Assembly (NCBI GenBank): GCA_051362555.1
Contig: JBPQGU010000016.1
Span: 1,612,001 to 1,676,000 of the forward strand
Direction of reading: 5' to 3'
From: Lingula anatina
Taxonomy: Eukaryota > Animalia > Brachiopoda
DNA length: 64,000 nt
The translations under genes and the position numbers were made by a program. Position 1 is the first letter of the stretch. Each line of letters opens with the position of its first letter. This document shows, one piece after another, positions 12,701 to 24,560 of the stretch. The notes beneath the pieces are model-generated. The model was not told the DNA's origin. It was given only the letters and a program-made list of their open reading frames with translations, and ran no database searches.

Positions 12701-15700
12701 GGTGGGTTTGCAGACAGAGATTACATACCGTGTAGTTTGTGCTTACGTGTGGATTCCCCCCTCTCTTCATGGGGAATTTTTGAGAATCAGAAACAGCGTG
12801 TGAGATTATGATTGTTTCTACCACAAAATAAACAACCTTTGGTATCCTGTTTTGACTGTGTTGTTGTTGTGGCTAATGATGTAACATTTTATGCAATAGC
12901 TGGTGATGCCTTTTGTCTGGCGTTGCTAGGTTTCTCTGGTCTGGCTCCAATTAACATCCCATAACTTGAAACAACATAGGTTTGATTATGATAAACAGTT
13001 ACTGTTGGCAACAATGGGACACTAACATTGTTTGAATCAAATTTATTTGCATGATGTCATTCTAAAATTTTATTCCACTTTCCACCTTCTTCCTCCCACA
13101 GCCTTGCCTCCAATTGGACAATCAACTTTTTTTTTTTGCTTTAAGTAGGTTACATTGACTTTCACTCTCTTGTCTTTTGTGTTTGAATTCTTGTTCACCC
13201 TCATGTCTTTTGCGCACTTGTTCCTGTTCATAGATCATTTGTTTATGCTTCATGTACTCTTCTATAAAGAGTTGTATGAGTTTTAGCCTGGCAACCCAGG
13301 CTTTCAACTTTGACTCTTTCATCTTCTCGCTGACTCGACTACTGGCTTTAGACAACCTTGAGCTGGAGCTGCCTGTGTGTGAGCGGTCTGTTAAATGACG
13401 CTGTCTATGACGATATTCACGCCATTCCAAAAGTATTTGGTCAAATTCAAGTTTCATTTTTTTTAATATTCAACGCCATTTATTAAGCATACAAAGGAAT
13501 TGTACAAAATATTGTCAATAATATCAGTAATATCAATCATCATACAGCATTTCGTAAACATATATAAAATATATACAGTGGGAAATAAACACAATGCGAG
13601 GAGGTCACTGAAACACATTACCCAACAAATTCCATCGTTCAGTATATTCTACATATTTTCCATTACTTATATACACGTATTTTTCCATTTCGAAATATTT
13701 TTTTAGTTTATTTTGTAGACATTGAAAATCTAATCTTTTTTCATTCATTCTTTTTCCATATATATATATATATAATACTTCGTAACCAGTATGAGTATAT
13801 TAATGGCTGCACATTTTGTATCGTTTTTCAAAAACAATATATCTGCTAAAGAAAAATTGATATTCAAGAGTGATTTCTCATTTATCAAGTTTTTTAAATC
13901 TTCCCATAGCGGTTGAATCAAATCATAATAAAAGAACAAATGTTCAATGCTTTCATTTTCCTTTTCACAGAAAAAACACAATGAGCTATCTTTAACCTTA
14001 ATTCTTTTAAGAAATTCATTTGTTGCAATAATTCTATGTACTATTCTATATTGAAACCATCTTAAAGTCGTATCTTTCGTAAAGTAGAAATTTTTTTTTT
14101 ATTTATCATAGTCCAGTTTAAATTTTAATCAATATTTATGTTCATCTCCCATTTAGCCTCAGATGCCGGTTTACAATACGCATAATTAATCAATATATCA
14201 TATATTGATCGCGATCCCTTAGATTCTTTACAGATTATTTCTATAAATTTAGGTCTGTAGGGTAGCGCCAATTTGACATTTTCTTCCCTTAGCTGTGGCC
14301 ACCGTTGTGTAATTGCAGTCTTAACTCCGAGAAATAATGTAAACGGACATTTAATGTCATACTAGGAACTAAATGTTTCGAAAGAATGCGGTTTTCCACT
14401 ATTTCCAAACAGGTCATTTACTATATTTACGCCCCTGTCATTCTTAGACTTAAAATAAATATCATTATTATCCACCCTCACCTCTGAACTATTCCATATA
14501 GGCTTTTCAAAATATCTTTCAAAGTATCTGAACTTGAGATATCTCTTTTAAAATCTGCATATTAAAAAACGATTTCTTTCCAAAAACAATTGGTCGTGTT
14601 TTTCGCACACCTAACCAAGTATAAGTCTCCCCGATCAATAAGTCGATTTATATTAATATTTTGTGTATCTATCATAAGTCTAACCCAATCTGTGTCATTT
14701 TTTGTCATTAGTTTCCTTATCTAAATTAATTTTAAGCTTTTTATAAACGTTTCTATGTCAATCATTCGACAGCCTCCACATTCTATTGGTTGAATAAGCA
14801 CCTTCCTAGCTATCCTATCCCTTTTATTGTTCCAAATAAATTTAAAAAGCGCGTTTTCCAATCTCTTTATCGTTTCATCTTTTGGTTTAGGTATGGAGAT
14901 AAATAAGTGAGTAAATTTGGATAAAAGAAGGGTTTTCACTACTGTAATTTTTCCCAAAGGGGCTAAATTTCTCCTATTCCAACACGTTATTTCCTTTTCA
15001 ACTTCCAATAATCTATCCGAGTAATTTAAGTCTTCAATATTTTCCAAATTTGCATTAAGTGTTATACCTAAGGCCACAAAATTGCTATTTGTCCACTGCA
15101 AATTATATTCGGGGCAAAGAACCACGTCTGAACCGCGTTTAGGCCCGACCCAGATTGCTTTTTTTTCTATGTTAGGTTTTAAGCCTGAAAATTTGAAATA
15201 TTGTTCTTATAGATCGAGAGTGCTTTTCAAGCTATTTTCCATGCCATCAAGATATATCATCGTGTCATCTGCTTACTGAGACAGGAGATATTCTTTTTCT
15301 CTGATACGAATTCCTTTAATATTTGTATTATTTCTTAACAAAATGGCCATAATTTCTGCACATAGATTAAATAAATAAGGTGAGACGGGATCTCCTTGCC
15401 TGCATCCGCGCCCTATCTTAGAAGGTAGAAAAAATGCCGTTCTGAATAACGCAAAGGTTAACATTTTGGTTCATTGTTTTTTTACCCATCGTATGAGATC
15501 ATGGCCAAAATTGAAGTACTTTAGAACTTGATAAATAAACCTCCATGAAATCGAATCGAATGCTTATTCAAAATCAATGAGAAGAATCATTCCAGGTATA
15601 TTATAATTTTTACAGGCCTCAATTATGTCGTAAGTTATTCTTGTATTCTCCCCGATAAATCTACCTGACAAAATCCTTTTTGGTTCTCATGCAATATTTC

Positions 15701-18700
15701 TGAGAGGATCGGTTTTATTCTATTTGCTATATAACTGGAGGTGATCTTATAGGTTCAATTTAGTAGCGTGATTGGTCTCCAGTTTTTTAGATAATCTCGT
15801 GGTTTGTTTGCTTTAGGAAGTATATTTACAATTCCCTGTCTTTGTGTAATAGAGAATTCGCCTCTATGAAATCCATATTTAATAGATCGTACAAAATAAA
15901 CTCCTAAATTTGTCCAGAAGAATTTGAAAAACTCATTCGTGAATCCATCTGGACCGGGAGTTTTATCATTTTTCATAGCCCGAAGGACAGCACTAGCTTC
16001 ATTATATGTAATCTCTCCCTCCAGTCTTTGTGAAATAGTTTTGTTGATTTTATTGACTTTCAAGTCTTTTAAAGTAACTTCAAGATCTACCTTTCCGAGA
16101 ATATCACCTTTAGATGCATGTAGCTGTTTATAGTAATTTTGAATTTCAGAAAGAATCTCTGTCTGGTCTGTTACTATTTTATTTTCGTTATTCCGCACCT
16201 TTGTTACTGTTTTATTAATATAGTTCCTTTTTTCCAAGGCACAAAAGTGTTTACTAGGTTTTTCGCCATATTCGACCCACTTAACGCGGGAGCGTACTAT
16301 ATTTCCCTTTAGTTTTTATTTTCTAAGTTCCTCTAAGTCTCTTTTATATTGCGCTAATTCATCAATATTTTCATTATTTTAATTTTCCAGTTTACTCATT
16401 TTTTCTATTAAATCATCCTCAGCCTTCTCCCTCTCTCTTTTCTTTGCCGATGCACAGGATATAGAATGCCCCTTATATTTAAAAGAAGTTGCTCAAAAAA
16501 CCGCTGGTCGTTAATAATAAACGATAGTATCTCATCGTCAATATTTGGCACAGCTTCTCTTAAAAAGGGAGTGGCCGCATATTGCATTTTCGTTTCATTA
16601 ATTACTTTACATACTAGATCTCTATACTCTTTATCTTTAAGAAGCAGATTATTATGTTTCCAAAAGCCTTTACCGCGTTTAAAAGAAGTGAATTTTACAG
16701 TCATTTCTACTATAGCATGGTCTGTTCTATATCCTGGCTTGATTGTAATGTTTTCAATCATATTGAGTAATTCAGATGGAATTAAAAAGAAATCGAGTCT
16801 AGCTTTTTTAACTGGATTGCTAGCCCTCCATGTATACCTTTTCGCTTCACCATGTTTTAATCTCCAGGGATCATTTAAGTTGTGTTTAGCTTTTATCCCA
16901 AGTACCTTCTCTCTGGCTCTAGGATTATTCACAAACCTATAATTATAACAATCTACTTCTGGCTCCTGTACAAGGTTCCAATCACCTGTAATCAGCAAAA
17001 AATCATAATCTGAGTTAATTATACACTGATCAATATACTCATAAAATTCTGGCGTGTCCTTGTTTGGACCATATGTATTAATTAGCAGCAAATTAAATTT
17101 CTCAAACGGTAAAATTTCTAAAATAAGAATATTTCCAATAGCATCACATTTACTTGTTAACACTTTATACTCAAAAGTATTACTAAACAATATCGCCACG
17201 CCTCGAGCATTTGATCTGATTCAAGTTTAATTTGAACTACACTACCCTGAGTGTCAGGGCACAGTAAAGCTATTCATATAGCTTTACTGGCCCTGAGGAA
17301 CAGAGACAATGTTCGGTAACCGTCATCCAAAAAGAACTGCTCCGCAGTGAATCTGCAGTTGAATGTCATTAGTCCAAAATGAAACATAAAACAGATTTAA
17401 TTTTGCTTTATTTAATTTTATTTACTGTGTTTAAGATGTAAATTGAAAAATAAATAATGAAATTTAAAAGAAAAAGATGTATCCCATTTTTTTTTTTTTT
17501 TTTTTTTGCTTAGCAAAAGCATTTGCAATTTCAATTTTAGTGTCTCTGCCCTTTCACTCAGCAATGTCGATGGCGAGTCAATTCACCGTTGATATAACGG
17601 GAATGTTGACAGGTTGAAGTGTTCTTAAGTCTTGCTTTCAAACATCCAACCAACCGTGAAATATAGACTCCATTAAGATCTCCTGCCAAGGTCCTGCATG
17701 TCTCTAACTTCCAACACGTGATCCTGCCTGTCTCTTACATTCAAAATGTCTGCCCAACCCAGCATGGTAAAAGGTAGCAGGCCACGTGACAATATCTTAC
17801 CTATGCTAATCATGTGTGGATGGACTAATATTGTGCTAGTTGCTCTGCTAGCGCACTTTTTGCACCTACACGTTGAGTGTTGAATGATGTATGCTATTAG
17901 ATGATCACAATTTTTTCGTGAGTGAAAACTGAAAATGTTTTAATCGCTGGTTTCATTATTAGCAATTGTACAAAAGTGAAGTGTATAATTACTTTCTTTT
18001 TGTAGAGTAAATTCATCAAGTGGAACAACATGTTCTTGAGGACTCCTTGTGTCAAATTTTACACTCATAGCTTATCGTATTTCACGTTTCTTCTGATCCT
18101 GACGATGTACTTTTTGCCCGATGATAAAGCTAACGTCACTCATGCCACAGATTTCCGATGGTCCGAGTATGCAATATTTATCTACGTGATAGGTAAGACA
18201 CAACTACATTGAAAGTAATGCCAACTCCATGCTATTAATATGACAGTACGCACCAGATTTATCTGCGATACAATTAAATAGGTACAGTTTCTCGGAGGCA
18301 AATTTTTGATCAACAAATTCCTGTGATTACACTGTGAACTAAAGTATCAATGCTTTTCAACTGTAATCTATGTATTTTATCGTGAGTAACCGTTAAATAG
18401 AAATTTATATTTTATATTTAGCAGTGCTCGCTTACTAGACCGATGTCTATATTGGAGTGCTTTATTGCTAATATATATATATATATATGTTTTATTTAAT
18501 CTTATAGGTTATTTTTGGGCTGAGGTTAAGCAGTTGTGTCGACAGGGAACGCGCTACTTCCAGAACGCCTTCAACATTCTGGATATCCTTTTGGTTATAT
18601 TTTATTGTGCCTCGTTTGTCAGTCGTATAGTCTCGATTGTCAAGACAAGACAAGCTGCATTGGGAGTAAACCAAAATACAACAGAGGCGTACACGTATTA

Positions 18701-20278
18701 TTACCAGATGGGTTGGTGTAGATTGTTTAATTGAACTATGCATAATTAAAATTGTGTAATTTATGACAAATGTTTTAGTTTTCCTAATAGTGTTAGTATG
18801 TGTTTTTTATCCTCTTTTTTAAAAACTTAGTTGATTGTCCATTAGATCTTAATTACGTTTTTGATAAACGATTGTCTGTGTGTACCATTCTTGCTCTTTT
18901 TGCATTTTAGGTCGATTTGAATGGGACCGAAATGATCCAGAAACTATATCAGATGCCCTGTTTGCGTTGGCGAACATCATTAGTTTTTCTAGACTGGTGT
19001 ATATTTTACCGACTTTCGAGTCTGTCGGTCCACTTCTAGTTGTTTTGGGTAAGCGCGCATACCATGATTAAGGCAATTATGCCTTTGTCACGAATAAACC
19101 TACATGCATTAATATGGATTCATTAGTCAGTAAGGTTAATTTAGTCAAGGTTTTGACAAAATAGTATGTCACTCTTTCCTTTATCTAGCGACAGTACTGT
19201 AGTTTCGATGTCAATCTTAAAATGGGAGATGTCTTTTGTTTGTATTATTCTTTCTCATTGGTAAGTAATTGACTCATGTTTTTTTTTTAATTACACGTGT
19301 ATTGTCAACTTTTAGGCAAGATGATCACAGATGTCTTTCGCTTTGCTGCCTTGCTGCTGATTGTGTTCATAGCCTTCACGGTTGGTTTGCACAATCACTA
19401 CCATTTCTATGAGGGTGAAACACTCCCAGATGGGTCGGAGACTAATTCTGCATTCCACGGGTAACTATTTATAGTCACCATGCTATGAAAACAGGTTCTA
19501 GTATGTTTATTGTAAAAATTGGGATTTTAAATTTACCTTCATTATTCTATTTTAAAGGGATAATAATTCTTCGTTTCGGCATAAAAATGAATTATTTCCC
19601 TGGAGTAAACAACAATTTTCACATACGTTCCAATAGTTAATGAATCCATTTTTACATTCAAAGTTAATCCCTGTTTTTTTCTAAGAAAGTTTATTTTGTT
19701 AAAATCTCTTAAGATGATTTAACAGAGAATAGCCATCAATGGAGGTCACGTGGTCTAAAGACAATCTCAGATATCAGAATAATAGCTACAAGTTTTTGTT
19801 GTAAAGCAGAATTTATCATATTTCTATGAGTTATTAACAATGTTTTTATTGTGAAATATAGATCTCATACTAAGAGTTATTATCCCTTTAATGACTTAAT
19901 GAACCATTTGAAGTCGAGCACGTCTGTGTACATTTATTTCGTATTTTTGTATTTAGCGAAACGTCCTATTGTGTTTGCTTATATGCAAGCATAATGTCCC
20001 GCACATTCGTATTTTTGCAGGTTTTTCAACACATTTCGCACACTGATGTGGTCCATCTTTGGCTTGGGGGACCCCAGTTCCGTAGAAATCCACATGAAGC
20101 ACGCGTTTGTTGAGATCGTTGGATTCATCATGGTGGCTACATTCCATATTGTCATCGTTATAATGTTGATCAATATGCTCATTGCTATGATGACAATCTC
20201 TTTTGAAGCTATTCATGTAAGTATGAGATGTTGAATAGAATCATTAATGTTGAATGTATTTTGTCTAATAGCTTTTAA

Positions 20279-20329
<51 letters not shown>

Positions 20330-21701
20330 GGAAACGGAGCAGTATTATACATGCACAGTATATAATATATGTGATTAAAATTACGGCCAAAGAAGCACGA
20401 CCAATTATTTTTGTACAACAGCTTCATGCACCAAACATGCTGTAATTCCTTAATTCAAAATATTTACAGAACGACGCAGACATCGAATGGAAGGCTGCCA
20501 GGACAAGGTTATGGTTAGGGTATATAGGGGAAGAATCTGCACTCCCCATACCCTTTAACTTAATCCCTAGCCCCAAATGGTTGTTTTATCTCTTCACCTG
20601 CAAGAAATGCGAGGCACCCAGTGAAAAGGTGTGTCACGTCTTTAATGATAAAAAATAAATAATTAAATTGATAAATTGTTATAAGAAATAAAATGAGAAA
20701 TAATAATTTTTTCCAAATAAAATTTGGAAGTGGATTTTACTGTCGTATCAAGGTAATATTGAAAAATGTCTGTAGGTAACATTAAACCCCAGCGCATAGA
20801 ATTTTATTGTGCTTTCAATAAGGATAAATTGTAGCTTAAATAGTATAGCTTATATAGTTTAAATAGAATAGCAAACTGTGGGGGTTTGGGGAAAATAAAC
20901 TGAAATTGTAATCAATGAACTGTGACTGTTGAAAGTGTTATTTATCTTCAACATTTCGATTCTACAGAAGTGCATAACTTAATATACTATTATGAAATGG
21001 AATGTATTATTCCAACCTTAATCATCAGTGACAGGCCTTTTCTAAATTATATAAAAGCTATATTTAAACTTACTTAAAACAACATGGAACGACATCTTGA
21101 CGGTGGATGGATTTGATAGATGAGCCAATTTTCGAATTTTAAGTAATCCAGCCTTTTCTGGCTTCAGAAAGAAATAGAGAAAAGCAACGAGGATTATGAA
21201 GGCATCATGGAAACTCTTAAAGAAAGGTTCAAAAAGAAAGCTGAAGAGGAGAAGAAAAAAACATGGCTTGACATCCACCCGGACGGCGGGACCTACAGGT
21301 ACTTGTAAAAAATTTAATATAAAAAAGGTCTCTATCTGCATGACATCAGCAGTTGAGACGTCCATATGACTGCGTGTACGTGTGCTCCCTACTCCCCCCT
21401 TCTCTCTCCTCCTCTGTGCGTTTGTGAGATAGAAAGGGAGAAACAGGGAGAAAGTGCGTGAAACATGAGATGAGACACGTTTGTTTGCCAGTCAACATGC
21501 GTGTTTGAGCCGGATGGAATATATAGGCAGTGAGAATCGAAGTACATGTAGTAGAAGTTCCTGCATAAACGCACCCTTCAAGGAATTTTTTATAAAAGAA
21601 CTACAATACTAAATTGGTGCTTTTGATCCGTTGATTTTTCTTCCAGCCAAAGGGACAGCGGGATGATGAAGACATCAGCAAATGGAACGTTGGGATGGTG
21701 A
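6784..21701 (+). CDS. TRPC: Divergent TRPC-family (canonical TRP) cation channel, paralog A, 11 coding exons, ~965 aa as written (953 aa if the A7 run at 21255-21261 is really A6)
   Basis: Exons 6784-8115, 8571-8732, 10570-10758, 18006-18192, 18508-18711, 18911-19048, 19316-19460, 20021-20216, 20470-20628, 21168-21298, 21647-21701. All introns are GT-AG with compatible phases. TRPC hallmarks: PHGYFCDC..NHALYRVNAYRAMTSP..DPV..EEFK (TRP_2 region), FVAHPYVQ, P.VKF..H..SY, W...[22 protein letters not shown]...LGKM..D...F, LMWSIFG pore, [32 protein letters not shown]. The symbol is family-level only. Confidence 0.93.
8805..9902. mobile_element. Non-autonomous TIR DNA transposon (PIF/Harbinger-like) in intron 2 of paralog A
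   Basis: ~39-bp TIRs: GGCCATTCAGAATGAAAAGAGACGAGTGCTAGCTGGGCC and GGCCTAGCTAGCACTGGTCCCTTCTCGTTCTGAATGGCC. Absent from the matching 589-bp intron of paralog B. Internal segment 9069-9270 recurs at ~17320-17520. Confidence 0.75.
11050..17870 (-). mobile_element. Degenerate BEL/Pao LTR retrotransposon in intron 3 of paralog A, split by a Tx1/L1 LINE
   Basis: Fragments [36 protein letters not shown] (BEL integrase C-terminus), TYAFLDS.SDTS (protease), ILLIGCDVPE and a coiled-coil gag fragment, with many stops. TGTAGG at 17870 may be the 5' LTR start. Boundaries are inferred from where similarity to the ~500-bp introns of paralogs B and C stops and resumes. Confidence 0.78.
13457..17218 (-). mobile_element. 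Tx1/L1-clade LINE, 5'-truncated, frameshifted ORF2 (endonuclease, RT, zf-RVT), nested in the BEL element
   Basis: APE motifs GVAILF, NTYGPN, GDWN, RLDFFL, TDH. RT motifs KTPGPDGF, NWRPITLLN, GCRQGDPVSPYLF, SQ.ADD. C-terminal CFFCEKENESIEHLFF. Poly(A) tail reads as T8 at 13457. TSD ATTCAAGTTT at 13445-13454 and 17219-17228. Confidence 0.9.
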
Positions 21702-21735
21702 AGACATGAGCCAGTGAAACAGCGGTTGATGACTG
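21647..21735 (+). repeat. 32-nt degenerate tandem repeat (3 units) spanning the stop codon of paralog A
   Basis: Units start at 21652, 21684 and 21716 (gg(g/a)ac..cgggatgatgaagacat). Homologous arrays occur in B and C. Confidence 0.75.
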
Positions 21736-22307
21736 CATCACATTCTTTATTGCCATTGCTTAAGCGCGTTTACGTATTATTCGTACATAACGATCCATTT
21801 TAGTTTACATACAATTAATTTGTTTCTACCGGTATAAATGTGGTCCCTCTAAAAGATAATTATAACTGTAGTGATATAATCCTGCATTGTTCGTATTAAC
21901 ACGCATTCGTCGTGCATTTACTTCATTCCCTGGTTTATACCTTAGTGTATATAATGAGTATAGAGTTGTCACAGTATTAGCATTAGAACATATCTGCTTT
22001 TTATATAAAAGTAAAAAAAAGAAAAAAAAAAAAGCTCAGTCACTGAAAGTAAAGCTTTTATATGCGGAATTTTCCTAACCGGTTTTTAATTACACTTGTT
22101 AATATAGTGAACATGTATAGCTACTTTCTATACAACCGTTTCGTCTCATTTTTTTCAATGTTTTTAGCGGGTGAACATGTGTAGGGTGTGTATGTTTTGA
22201 TTGAGATGTTAAGGGGTTCAAAGTGTTTAGCTGCCTAACATGTTTTGCACCGGGGGCTCTGCATGGATCCGTGGGAAATATGAAAAAAAGTAACTACATC
22301 AAGTCTG

Positions 22308-22378
<71 letters not shown>

Positions 22379-22382
<4 letters not shown>

Positions 22383-24033
22383 CTTGACATTTAATATGGA
22401 ATATTTCAGTTTTAAAGGTATACCTAGGTAAATATGCGTTCTTTATTTAAAAAACTCAGATCTCACATAAGATATCTGACTGGAGAAGTGTGATGTCAGG
22501 TGTGTCGCTACCAATTAACTGATTACCAAGTCTGTTGCACCGCTGCATTGTGTAATATGCAGTGATTTAATTGGGTAGTGCTCCTTTGGGCTGGTCAAAG
22601 CTTGGCTTTGGCGAAGCATGGTTCTGTCAAAAAAGTATCCATATGTCGGCAACTACTGCATAGAAGAATTTGAAATTTTGCATGCAAGTGGTCGGTTTTG
22701 TAGTGCGTAAAATGAGTTAAGCAGTGTTTTACAAAATTGTAAAGCTGTGCCAGAATGGCGCGAAAAAGACAGATATTGCCCGACAGATTATTGCGCAAAA
22801 CGGAACGGTCCGCATTGTTTCATAGAGTAATGCCAAGACTTATGCACCCAAACAGAGACCACGCCCAACGTATCGATATCTTACCACCTGGGTAAAGGAC
22901 TCAATGTCCTTCAGGATATGCTGCTGCAATTAAATCAAAACCACCCAGTCCGTTTTTGATGAGGGGCAAATTGTCACCAAAACGCGTTTTTCGAGGCCCT
23001 TAGCGAACACCAAACTGGTTTCAGCAGGTTAGGAAAACAGGCCACCTCTGAGGGAGCCAGTGTAAACAGCAAAACAGCGTAGTTTGTTTCTCTAATGAAT
23101 TGGGGACCATGACCGTTTCTTGGTAGAACATTGAAACCGCGTGTTTTTCTTTATTGAGGTCAGATATCACCTGTACCACTAAATTGGTCAAAACAGAGTT
23201 TACAGACATCCAGAAGAGGTCTACGACATGGCGTGTGCCGCTTCTGAAGTGACTAGGGTCATTGACAGCGTCAATATTTGGAGTGGATGCCACATTGGTG
23301 CCAAAACACCAATGGAAATCATCGATGAAAACTTGAACCAGATCAAACAAAGGAATAATCTGGGAACCACTTGACTATCATTTGATAGGGGCACCTTAGG
23401 AACAGTTTAGGTTGCACGATGAGATTGACGGTTCACACAGAGCACTTTTAATAGCAGATAACTTATAGAACCAAGGGAATGAGCAGCTACCTTGGTCATC
23501 AAAATCGCCATATTTGCACCACATAGACAATATGTGGGTAGGTCATTAGTCGCAGAATCAACGGCCTGCTTGCCCTACAACAAAACTGAACCAAATTGGA
23601 CAAGTTTTAACCGTTGCCTGAAATTTTATTCCAGATTAAATTCTAAAAACCTATCCTAAGGAATGCCTAGCCGCTTGAAAACTTTGGTACCAGGAAGATC
23701 AGGTCAGGCATAACAGCGACTGTTGCTGTGACTAGACACTGACATGAGGGGCCTTTGTGGGGCGTGTAACTCTTTTAGATATGATAATTTGGAAAATATG
23801 GAGATCCAAAATATCGCTTTCAATGGTTGTCGTATGACTTGAAATAGTCAATGCATTTTTCTTTGCTTCACTGGCGAATTCAATTAATGAACTGATGCCA
23901 CAATGACATCTAACAGATTATCAGAAGTTATTAAAACACGATTTTAATCCTTATTTTCATTTATCAGTCTGCAAAATAGGAAAAAAACTGATGAATTATG
24001 ATTTGGAAAAAATATTCCATATTAAATGTCAAG

Positions 24034-24037
<4 letters not shown>
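22379..24037 (+). mobile_element. Tc1-like DNA transposon with a decayed transposase, flanked on both sides by (TA)n
   Basis: 28-bp TIR CAGACTTGACATTTAATATGGAATATTT and its reverse complement. The remnant WSSKSPYLHHIDNMW near 23492-23537 resembles WPxxSPDLNPIENxW. (TA)n at 22311-22378 and 24038-24102. Confidence 0.8.
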
Positions 24038-24105
<68 letters not shown>

Positions 24106-24151
24106 GGTAGGAAAGATAAAACTCTTTTTAAATCGGCTGGCTTTTAGTTTT

Positions 24152-24560
24152 TTTTTATTGAACTTAGGTAATGTTAATTACAGTATATAATACTTCTTTT
24201 TTACCCCACGCTTACTTCTCTCTCTCACACACACACATACAAACACACATAACTACTACTGATGGCTCATCATTTTCATTAATAAATAAGATATTGAAAA
24301 GCACAGCATTTTTTCTAACACAAATAGCATTCGATGTCCCTAAAGGACAGATGTCCCCCATTTTTTGATTTACTGTAAATGTAATATTTTACCTGTGAAA
24401 TTAATAAATTCAATTTCTCATCATTATTTCCAAGAATAATATCCGATGCAGAAATTTGAATATTGGCTCCCTTTTCTTCCCTAAACCAGTTTTCGATTTG
24501 CTTCCACAATTTTTTTGCAAGATTACAATCTATGAATAGATGTTCAATTGTTTCCATCCT
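24152..24560 (-). mobile_element. Short 3' fragment of an L1/Tx1 LINE with a target-site duplication
   Basis: ETIEHLFIDC..AKKLW...DIILG...KYYIY is a zf-RVT C-terminus. Poly(T) on + strand. TSD TGGCTTTTAGTTTT at 24138-24151 and 24561-24574. Confidence 0.85.
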
